Assembly: GCF_001652585.1 (NCBI RefSeq) | Contig: NZ_LWLG01000005.1 | Span: 60,001-92,000 of the forward strand | DNA: 32,000 bases | DNA from: Thermosulfurimonas dismutans | GTDB lineage: Bacteria > Desulfobacterota > Thermodesulfobacteria > Thermodesulfobacteriales > Thermodesulfobacteriaceae | Direction of reading: 5' to 3' | In this document: positions 1 to 7,056 of the stretch, piece after piece | Layout of the letters: every line of letters begins with the position of its first letter | Numbering within the stretch: the first letter of the stretch is position 1 | Position numbers and translations under genes: made by a program | Notes under the pieces: generated by a model | What the model saw: only the letters and a program-made list of their open reading frames with translations | Database searches by the model: none | What the model was told of the DNA's origin: nothing

Positions 1-1478
1 CCGATCTCCATCTGTATATCCGCTCTATAGATAAGATTATAGTCAATGGTTTCAGCCCGGGTACGGCCCTCTGGATCTCCGTCTCCGATAAGATCGGGCC
101 AGTCTTCCCGGCCCGTGACGGTGACATTCCGATAACCGAAAAAGATATTGTTGAAGAGATGGAGGCGCTCCGAACCGTTACACGGTGGTGCCTCGGGAAA
201 ATCGTGGGTATGACAATAGACTTCTATCAGGGCCCACCCTTCGGAGACTACGGTGGTATTGATGATATAACTCTGATCCCCGGGATTCATGGAAACGGAG
301 ATGGCCGCTCCTCCGGCCCGGCAGGCGTCTCCACTGGCCACATCTCCCATCTCTTGAGCAAAATCTTTATTGGTAAAATAGTTACAGTTACTGATAGCTA
401 TAGAATTAACTATATACACCGGACCTCCCACCTTGAGCTGATTACCGGCGTTCCCGTAAGCCTGAACCCGACGGAGGGTGATGAAACTATCCGGATGGTT
501 CACTCCCACGTAAAGAAGGTCCAGCCCGTCGGAGGTATTGTAGCGAAAGAGGCTGTCTTCGAAAATCCAGGTTCCTCCTGATCGGGCTACTCCTACTCCA
601 TCTCCGTAACCCCCATGGGACTGCGCCCAGCAATGTTCGAGCCTCTCCTCGGGATAGGTCTCCACGCAACCGTTCCATTCCACAATGAAATTTTTGAAAT
701 ACAATTGCCCCTGATTAGAAGAGGGGGCACCGTCCAGGTCGCCGTTCCATCCTGACCAGCCGTTTCCCGCGATCCTTACCCTCTCCACCTGCCAGTTTTC
801 AAGACGCCCGGCTTTTATTCCGTCTGCTCCCAGACCATGGATATTCAAGTCCCTCAAAGTCACGTTGGAGGAATCTGAAGCGTAAATACCAGCGTAAGCC
901 CAGTCGCCAAAAGGAGAATTTTCATACTCGCAGGCCACCGAAGAATGGCCACCGTTGTGAAAGTAGGCACAACTTTCATGGTCTGTAATCTCCAGACAGG
1001 CTATTTCTACGTTGGAAGACCCCCGCAGATTAAGTATCTGCCAGACCCTTCCCGTCCCCCACAATTCCGGAGGATTGGTGCAGCCCGAATCCCAGCCGTA
1101 GCCTACGATTCTGGTGGGATGTTCCGCATCCGGCCCTGAGGGTACCGGAGGAAGAGCGCAGTCGTAAGCAAACTCCGGATAACACCAGCCCTCGGTGTTC
1201 GGCGCCTTGTAACCGATCACATAGCTTCCTGCGTGAATGACCAGGGTATCCCCTCCCCGAATCCTCCAGCGGGCCTCGCCGTTTTCGATCTTGAGGGCCC
1301 AGAAGGGATGAGACCAGGCACAGGGCTGTCCTTTGCCCTCTCCCGGATAAGGAGCATCCACCAGCCCGGTGCACTGTTCCGCGGTCCCTCCGTCCGGACG
1401 AACGTAGTAAGTAGCCGCCTGTAACCCATCCAGGTTTAAAAAAAGGAGAGCCATCAGGCCAAGAACCACTCCAAGCAT
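1..1478 (-). CDS. Secreted right-handed parallel beta-helix (pectate-lyase-fold) repeat protein; 3' end runs off the window
   Basis: Absent from the ORF track because there is no stop in the window. My translation starts at ATG 1478-1476, with an SD-like GGGGGAG about 3 nt upstream: MLGVVLGLMALLFLNLDGLQAATYYVRPDGGTAEQCTG... Later turns such as SNVEIACLEITDHESC, SNVTLRDLNIHGLGADGIKAG and VERVRIAGNGWSGWNGD are typical of beta-helix coils. The frame stays open to position 1. Confidence 0.75.
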   Translation of the reverse strand, partial: MLGVVLGLMALLFLNLDGLQAATYYVRPDGGTAEQCTGLVDAPYPGEGKGQPCAWSHPFWALKIENGEARWRIRGGDTLVIHAGSYVIGYKAPNTEGWCYPEFAYDCALPPVPSGPDAEHPTRIVGYGWDSGCTNPPELWGTGRVWQILNLRGSSNVEIACLEITDHESCAYFHNGGHSSVACEYENSPFGDWAYAGIYASDSSNVTLRDLNIHGLGADGIKAGRLENWQVERVRIAGNGWSGWNGDLDGAPSSNQGQLYFKNFIVEWNGCVETYPEERLEHCWAQSHGGYGDGVGVARSGGTWIFEDSLFRYNTSDGLDLLYVGVNHPDSFITLRRVQAYGNAGNQLKVGGPVYIVNSIAISNCNYFTNKDFAQEMGDVASGDACRAGGAAISVSMNPGDQSYIINTTVVSEGWALIEVYCHTHDFPEAPPCNGSERLHLFNNIFFGYRNVTVTGREDWPDLIGDGDPEGRTRAETIDYNLIYRADIQMEI

Positions 1479-1499
1479 TTCTCCCCCTTTTTGATCCCC

Positions 1500-1523
1500 A
1501 CCGGGCGGGCTATCCCGCCCGGT
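1500..1523 (-). terminator. Perfect 10-bp GC-rich hairpin between two minus-strand genes (terminator-like or RNA-stabilising)
   Basis: ACCGGGCGGG-ctat-CCCGCCCGGT, lying 5 nt downstream of the stop at 1528. No U-tract follows on the minus strand, and the T-run is on the plus side, so intrinsic-terminator function is uncertain. Confidence 0.35.
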
Positions 1524-1527
1524 CCTT

Positions 1528-1764
1528 TTAAAAGTTCACTAACCTTAAAGCCTTCCTCAAAATCACCAGGGCATCGCCGATGGTGATCCGGCCATCGGGA
1601 TGGGGTTTCCCATCCTCCCCTAGAGGAGCCACGTCCGCATGGCACTTATCCTCATCGCTTGGTGTCTCAAGCCCTAAAGCAAACCGCAGGGCCACCAGGG
1701 CGTCTCCGATATTGACCTGACCATCACGGTTCCCCAGCGGAGCTACGTCGCCGTCAGGAGTGCA
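1528..1764 (-). other. Dockerin-like module D1 (C-terminal)
   Basis: CTPDGDVAPLGNRDGQVNIGDALVALRFALGLETPSDEDKCHADVAPLGEDGKPHPDGRITIGDALVILRKALRLVNF. Two DG-x-(V/I)-x-IGDAL-helix segments resemble the duplicated Ca-binding segments of type I dockerins. Confidence 0.75.
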
Positions 1765-4700
1765 GGTAGCTTTTCTTCTGGCAAGCACAAAGACCGGATC
1801 AATCTCTCCGTTCTGGTCGCAGCACAGAGTGACCCTCAAGGTATGTTCGTTTAGCTGTTCATAGGACACTTCCCGCCAATCGGGAAGCTTATAAAGATGG
1901 AATTCTCCGGTTATTTCCCTCTCTACAGTTACCTCGAAATCGTAACATTGTCCGGGATTTCCGGTGGCGGTAACAATAAAGGCCTCGGATTCTTGAAGAT
2001 CCACTTCCGGAGGTGCCTCTTGTAAATCTACGGTCGGATCGTTTACGGGATTAGATATAACCCGTGACTCCTGAACTTGAACCTCTGAAGGGGCTTTAAT
2101 CCCGGTAACCACGATATAATTCTCTCTGCGAACCTCATCCCGATAAAGCTCGTCGGCGGTATCATAAGAAGTTCCGTTATAGACCCTGAGGACCACGGAA
2201 TAGACTCCCGGTGATAGGTAATCACAGGTGGGTTCCCACACCTGGGTAGGATTATGTAAGATTTCGAAGTTTCCGTCTCCGTCACAATCCAGATCGTAAT
2301 GCCATTCGTAACTTTCCCCAGGACAAGTTCTCCAAGAAGTGTTTGTTAGATCAAAAAAGACTTCTAGCGGTGCCGGCCCGGAGGTGAAGAGAGCGGTAAT
2401 CTGCGCCTCCGTTGGTCCACAGACCGCTAATTCTTGGGGCAGAGAGGCTTCCACTTCATTGCCCACCGCATCGCGCACCCGCAGCCGGGGACGATATATT
2501 CCCGAACGAGTGTAAGTATATGGATACTCTCGAATCTGGCCAGGAAGGACGCTTTCCTCGTACTGTCCATCTCCATCGAAATCCAACATATACGTATAAG
2601 GTGGAACTCCGCCGGAAACACTTATCTCAAAGAACACCTCAAAAGGAGCTTCCCCTTGATAAACATTTCCCAGAATATCCAGAGTGGCATTCAACGAAGA
2701 AACCGGAGGTCCGATTTCAAAAAGCCCATAGTGAGTCAGGATCACATAAGTTCCCGCACCAGAAGGAAATATCCTTAACCCTTCCTCTTCCCGGTCGGGA
2801 CGGCCGAAAATCTCCTCCCAGAGAAGGGTTCCATTGGCGTCAGTTCGAATAATCCATACATCTCTATCATTCACAAAATCAAGAGTCCCCACGAAGAGAA
2901 AGCCTCCGTCTGCGGTTTGAATACCATCGTTAATCCATCCTTCATGTGCCTGTCTGGTTCCGTTATCATGAGCATGTATCTCGTATCTCTGGGTTCTCAA
3001 AACCCTACCGGTCTCCAGGTCGAATTCCAGAAATACCGGCTGAATATCACTAGAGCCCAAGCGACCATCATGAAAACCTCCAACAGCTACTACTGTATCT
3101 CCGAGTTTGTAAGCCCAGGTAAGAAAATTCCCGTAGTATCCGCTTCCCAAATTATCCTGTTGCCACAGGACCTCACCGTTCTCGTCTACCATCATGGCCA
3201 GAGCCCAGGATTGAGAGTTAAAGGCGCGCCAGAAGGGAGGATCTGACACACCTTTACAGCCCACCAAAAAGAGTTTCTTTTCTCCGTTATCTTCCAAGGG
3301 AAGTAGATAGTAAAAAGCGGATTTTCGATCCATTTCGTAAGTGTAATTGCCAACCTCTTCCCCCTGAAGATTCAGGTGGATGAGCCAGGGTCTGGCATTA
3401 CCACCCTGAGCTAAAGACTCCGTGATTCCTCCGATGAGATATCCTTCATCACCTATTTCTTCAATCTTCAATCCTGCTTCTCTATTATCTCCGCCCAGAA
3501 GCTTCTCCCATACCACTTGAGCCCGGTCATCTATCTTAAGAACCCATATATCGTGGTCCCCCAACCTCATAGGGGTTCCCAGAATTACATATCCACCGTC
3601 CGGAGCCTTTATAATGTCCCGCCCAAAGCTGGCATACCAACCTGTAGTCGGCACATCCAGACTTTCAGGATACAAGCGGATAAGCCCCCAAAGACTTCCA
3701 TCCTCCCGATAGACAGGATTGCCGTACCGATCAATCTTAGCTACGCACAATCTAGAGCTGTTTGGTTCGGTTCTACTTCCCGTAAGCACCCAGCCTCCAT
3801 CCTCGTCCGGTATCATGGCGCGAAGGACATCGCAGTAGAAATTTCTTCCGTCATAAGTTCGCTCCCAACGGAGCGCCATAGGGCTTATTTTGACTTCCCG
3901 GCTAAAGGTATCTTCCAGACTTTCGTTATCGGTGACGGTGAGCGTTACCGTGTAATTCCCCGGTACCGTAAAACGATGTTTTACCCGTACTCCTTCCGCC
4001 GTGTTCCCGTCTCCAAAATCCCAGAGATAAGATACGATCTGACCATCGGGATCATAAGAGTCACCCGCGGAAAAGGTAACCTCTTCATCCACGATCGGCT
4101 GATCCGGAGTATAAGAAAACCTGGCCATAGGATAAATCGGATTGTAATCTCCACGCAGTTTGATTACCCAGGCTTTGGTTCCTACCTGATCGCCCGAAAA
4201 GCCACTAACTTCTCCCAGCACAAGGTAATGGCCGTCGTGGGTTTTTATAATATCCTTTCCTTTCTCAATCTTTCCCCCGTCGTAAATCAGCTCCCACACT
4301 TTTTCCCCATTACCGCTTATTTTAAGAAGCCACAAATCTTTATTGGCCCATGTTCCCACTACCAGAAACCCTCCGTCTTCCGTTTCCACGATGCCGGCTC
4401 CAAAACTTCTGGTCTCGTTTTCTCCGAAGGTCTTTTCCCACAAGATCCGGCCCGAGGAGTCTAAACGAGCAACCACGAGAGCCAGTTTCCCGTTTAAGGT
4501 CTCCTTGACTCCCACCGCGGCATAACCGCCTGTGGAAACAGAAATGATTTGATAATACGAGGCATTGCCTGCAGTTTGAGCCGTAGAGAAATCATCGTTT
4601 AATATGTGTATTCGTTCCTCTGTAGCTATTATCAGTCTATTTTGAGAGAGAAGAAAGTCTTTGGCGGGAGCCCCAAAATTTCTCAAAAGCTGAAAATCTC

Positions 4701-5355
4701 CCCGAGGTCCACCTTGATTATCTTTTTCTATAAAAGTGAGTAAACCTTCAGATGCAGGATTCAGACCCCCGGTTGAAAAGCCCCCTATTAGGTAATAACC
4801 GTTAAAAATTTCGATAACTTTTGTGCCCCAGGTGTGCAGGTCTCCTTGTTTGAAAGACTTTTCCCAGATCTTTTCTCCGGCCGGATCGGTCTTAAGAAAC
4901 CAGAGGGCCGCCTCTCTCAGATTATCTCCTACCAGGAGATAACCCGATCCATCACTAGCGGGAGTTACAAAATAAAAGCAATTCCCTCTTTCATTCATAT
5001 TCACATAATTAAAATCCTCAGGTTCATAACTTCTTATAAAGACCAAATTTCCGTTTTCGTTAATTTTAGCTAAAACCCCCCGGGTACCCGTGCTAACAAA
5101 GCCTACATCAAAACCAGTTATCAAATAGTAATAGTTTCCATTTTCAAAGCTCTCAGCCAGTTTCTCGGGATAAAAGCCCCTAAATGAAGATACCCCTTCT
5201 GGTACAGGTGGAGAATCAAGGAGTATTCCCCACAAACTACCCGGCGGAGAGAGGTAAAATTCCCTTTCGGTCTGTGCGAAAATATCTATAGGACGAAAAT
5301 AGAACAAAAACCAGAAGATTAAAAAAATAAGTATAAATTGGAAATTTTTACCCAT
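1528..5355 (-). CDS. Secreted 1275-aa protein: propeller-like repeats, one clear PKD domain plus two PKD-like segments, and a C-terminal dockerin-like module
   Basis: The ORF has a hydrophobic signal peptide (MGKNFQFILIFLIFWFLFYF...FAQ) and AGGAGGTG 5 nt upstream of the ATG. Units of the type DGG(F/Y)(L/V)xxG...D(I/L)W(L/V)(L/I)K(I/L/T)D..G..(V/L)WE recur at least 7 times. The PKD signature is YLWDFGDGNTAEG...GNYTVTLTVTDN. Two further PKD-like segments are present (LDFDGDGQYE, YDLDCDGDGNFE). Confidence 0.9.
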   Translation of the reverse strand: MGKNFQFILIFLIFWFLFYFRPIDIFAQTEREFYLSPPGSLWGILLDSPPVPEGVSSFRGFYPEKLAESFENGNYYYLITGFDVGFVSTGTRGVLAKINENGNLVFIRSYEPEDFNYVNMNERGNCFYFVTPASDGSGYLLVGDNLREAALWFLKTDPAGEKIWEKSFKQGDLHTWGTKVIEIFNGYYLIGGFSTGGLNPASEGLLTFIEKDNQGGPRGDFQLLRNFGAPAKDFLLSQNRLIIATEERIHILNDDFSTAQTAGNASYYQIISVSTGGYAAVGVKETLNGKLALVVARLDSSGRILWEKTFGENETRSFGAGIVETEDGGFLVVGTWANKDLWLLKISGNGEKVWELIYDGGKIEKGKDIIKTHDGHYLVLGEVSGFSGDQVGTKAWVIKLRGDYNPIYPMARFSYTPDQPIVDEEVTFSAGDSYDPDGQIVSYLWDFGDGNTAEGVRVKHRFTVPGNYTVTLTVTDNESLEDTFSREVKISPMALRWERTYDGRNFYCDVLRAMIPDEDGGWVLTGSRTEPNSSRLCVAKIDRYGNPVYREDGSLWGLIRLYPESLDVPTTGWYASFGRDIIKAPDGGYVILGTPMRLGDHDIWVLKIDDRAQVVWEKLLGGDNREAGLKIEEIGDEGYLIGGITESLAQGGNARPWLIHLNLQGEEVGNYTYEMDRKSAFYYLLPLEDNGEKKLFLVGCKGVSDPPFWRAFNSQSWALAMMVDENGEVLWQQDNLGSGYYGNFLTWAYKLGDTVVAVGGFHDGRLGSSDIQPVFLEFDLETGRVLRTQRYEIHAHDNGTRQAHEGWINDGIQTADGGFLFVGTLDFVNDRDVWIIRTDANGTLLWEEIFGRPDREEEGLRIFPSGAGTYVILTHYGLFEIGPPVSSLNATLDILGNVYQGEAPFEVFFEISVSGGVPPYTYMLDFDGDGQYEESVLPGQIREYPYTYTRSGIYRPRLRVRDAVGNEVEASLPQELAVCGPTEAQITALFTSGPAPLEVFFDLTNTSWRTCPGESYEWHYDLDCDGDGNFEILHNPTQVWEPTCDYLSPGVYSVVLRVYNGTSYDTADELYRDEVRRENYIVVTGIKAPSEVQVQESRVISNPVNDPTVDLQEAPPEVDLQESEAFIVTATGNPGQCYDFEVTVEREITGEFHLYKLPDWREVSYEQLNEHTLRVTLCCDQNGEIDPVFVLARRKATCTPDGDVAPLGNRDGQVNIGDALVALRFALGLETPSDEDKCHADVAPLGEDGKPHPDGRITIGDALVILRKALRLVNF

Positions 5356-5396
5356 TTTTACACCTCCTATAATGAATTAGGTTATATCTCCTTCAT

Positions 5397-5441
5397 TTAA
5401 GGGTAACTATTTTTCTACTAATTAGTAACTATTTCCCTTAA
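5397..5441 (-). promoter_or_regulatory. Candidate operator/promoter-region repeats upstream of the 1275-aa gene
   Basis: GTAACTATTT occurs twice (5403-5412 and 5425-5434, offset 22 bp). The pair is bracketed by the inverted heptamers TTAAGGG (5397-5403) and CCCTTAA (5435-5441), in the 146-bp gap before ATG 5355. Confidence 0.25.
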
Positions 5442-5501
5442 TAAGGTCCATTTCTTTCAAGGGTCGAACGAAGGCTCGACTGGAGACCAGAAAGAAAGGG
5501 G

Positions 5502-6794
5502 TTACCAGCAGGGAAGGCGCCAGGCGTCGAGGTCGAGTCTCTTCTTCATGAAAGAGAATCCCACCTGGTTGGCGCGTGCGCAGAAGTCAGCAGGATCAAG
5601 TTCGTACTCCACTCCAAAGACTGCCTTCCCATTATTCACAAACGGTAAAAGCTTTTCGCACTCATTATAGGAAAAACACTCTTCATTAAGAGCCCAGTCG
5701 AAATAGGATTCCAGATCTGGTATCTGATCGAGATCGTTCTTGAGACCTACCGATAGACCTCTACGATGAGCTTCCTCAGCCAGCCAGCGATTATAGAGCA
5801 ATTGATCCTCATAGGTGAGAGGGAAACCACTATCGTTCTGATAAGCGTCCACGTTGTCCGGTTCCACTCCGTCGCATCCCTTCTCCACCGCCAGATCTAA
5901 ACGGGCTTTCATAATAGGGCCCAGCAGGTCAAGCCGCCTTATGTCGAGCCACCGTTCATCCGGCCAATCTTTTAAAGGTTTACCTAAAACCTCCTCCGAA
6001 AATTTGGAAGCGTCTGGACGCCATGGCTCATAAGTTCCGGCACTAAAATAACATATCACTTTCCGTCCCCGGCGATGGAGTTCCTGTATCACTTCCACCG
6101 GGGTTCCAAAAAGATCCACATCAAACATTTCTGCCTCTACCGAAGTATCTATCTCGCCGGTTAGTTGCCATTGCCATGTGGTTCCCGGAGCCGGTTTCCA
6201 GATCTCTTTTCCGGAACCGAAATCTATCAGGCCCAAAGCCTTTCGCAGAATCACCAGAGCATCACCGATGATGATTTGACCATCCGGATTCGGCTGCTGG
6301 TTTTTTCCCAGCGGGGCTACATCGGCGTGACACCGATCCTCCTCCGTCACTATCTCAAGCCCTAGGGCGAAGCGCAGGGCTAACACGGCGTCACCAATAT
6401 TTACCTGTCCGTCTCGTGATCCCTGTGGAGCCACATCGCCGTCGGGGATACATTCTGGCCCGTTTTTACACTCTCCAGCATAGGCCACATTTACTCCTGC
6501 CAGATGGGCCTCACAGGCATTGGCATAAGTTCGTCCATCGCACCCACAAACCGGATCATATACTTGAATACAGACTTCTGGAAGAGGAACACACGTTCCT
6601 GAACCACCACAACCCTCCTTCCGCCAGCAGAATTCACCTTTTTTACAATCCTGATTAGAAAAACAACCTGGGTATATTTCTTTACATCGCCCGGGAGTTA
6701 AAAGAAAACCCAAAATGACTAAACCACACAGAACAAGATTAGATAGGATCTGAGCAAAAATTCTATAACTATACGGTCCAGTCCTGATCCCCAT
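5502..6794 (-). CDS. GH114-type endo-alpha-1,4-polygalactosaminidase-like protein with an N-terminal Cys-rich/Kazal-like domain and an internal dockerin-like module
   Basis: The Kazal-like motif is CIQVYDPVCGCDGRTYANACEAHLAGVNVAYAGEC. The C-terminal 230 aa match the GH114 (PF03537) pattern I recognise: WQWQLTGEIDT...VDLF...KVICYFSAGTYEPWRPDA...WLDIR...RLDLAVEKGCDGVEPDNVDAYQNDSGFPLT...GLSVGLKNDLDQ...NEECFSYNEC. An N-terminal hydrophobic anchor or signal is present. Confidence 0.85.
   Translation of the reverse strand: MGIRTGPYSYRIFAQILSNLVLCGLVILGFLLTPGRCKEIYPGCFSNQDCKKGEFCWRKEGCGGSGTCVPLPEVCIQVYDPVCGCDGRTYANACEAHLAGVNVAYAGECKNGPECIPDGDVAPQGSRDGQVNIGDAVLALRFALGLEIVTEEDRCHADVAPLGKNQQPNPDGQIIIGDALVILRKALGLIDFGSGKEIWKPAPGTTWQWQLTGEIDTSVEAEMFDVDLFGTPVEVIQELHRRGRKVICYFSAGTYEPWRPDASKFSEEVLGKPLKDWPDERWLDIRRLDLLGPIMKARLDLAVEKGCDGVEPDNVDAYQNDSGFPLTYEDQLLYNRWLAEEAHRRGLSVGLKNDLDQIPDLESYFDWALNEECFSYNECEKLLPFVNNGKAVFGVEYELDPADFCARANQVGFSFMKKRLDLDAWRLPCW
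6219..6452 (-). other. Dockerin-like module D2 (internal, between the Kazal-like and GH114 domains)
   Basis: CIPDGDVAPQGSRDGQVNIGDAVLALRFALGLEIVTEEDRCHADVAPLGKNQQPNPDGQIIIGDALVILRKALGLIDF. Confidence 0.75.
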
Positions 6795-6819
6795 TCACCA
6801 ATCAGATTATTTTGTATTT

Positions 6820-7056
6820 TTACCAGTTAACCAGTCCCAGAGCCTTTCTCAAGATTACCACCGCATCGCCAATGGTAATTTTACCGTCAGGCTGTGGCTT
6901 ACCATCCTGTCCAAGCGGAGCCACATCCGCATGGCACAAATCCTCATCCGAGGGCCTCTCAAGCCCCAGGGCGAACCGTAAGGCTACCAGGGCATCCCCG
7001 ATGTTCACCTGACCATCACGGTTACCCAGCGGGGCTACGTCACCGTCAGGGGTGCA
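6820..7056 (-). other. Dockerin-like module D3 (C-terminal)
   Basis: CTPDGDVAPLGNRDGQVNIGDALVALRFALGLERPSDEDLCHADVAPLGQDGKPQPDGKITIGDAVVILRKALGLVNW. Confidence 0.75.

Noticed and set aside
1454-1645. A 63-aa minus-strand ORF spanning the intergenic hairpin and the end of the 1275-aa gene.
   Set aside because: It is out of frame with the dockerin-coding sequence it overlaps and runs through the hairpin and the next gene's RBS and start, with no supporting signals.
1528-1764. The recurring C-terminal module considered as a sorting signal (T9SS CTD, PEP-CTERM, LPXTG, GlyGly-CTERM).
   Set aside because: It has no terminal hydrophobic helix plus basic tail and no LPXTG or PEP motif. It is internally duplicated with EF-hand-like DG-x-V-x-IGD loops. 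It also occurs at an N-terminus and internally, which a C-terminal sorting tag would not.
3517-4464. Long plus-strand ORFs from the track: 315 aa at 3517-4464, 385 aa at 22011-23168, 248 aa at 25314-26060, 170 aa at 13054-13566 and others.
   Set aside because: All lie antisense to much longer minus-strand ORFs that have signal peptides and recognisable domains. Their translations are low-complexity (R/H/P/S/G-rich) with no motifs or SD-linked starts, so they are classic shadow ORFs.
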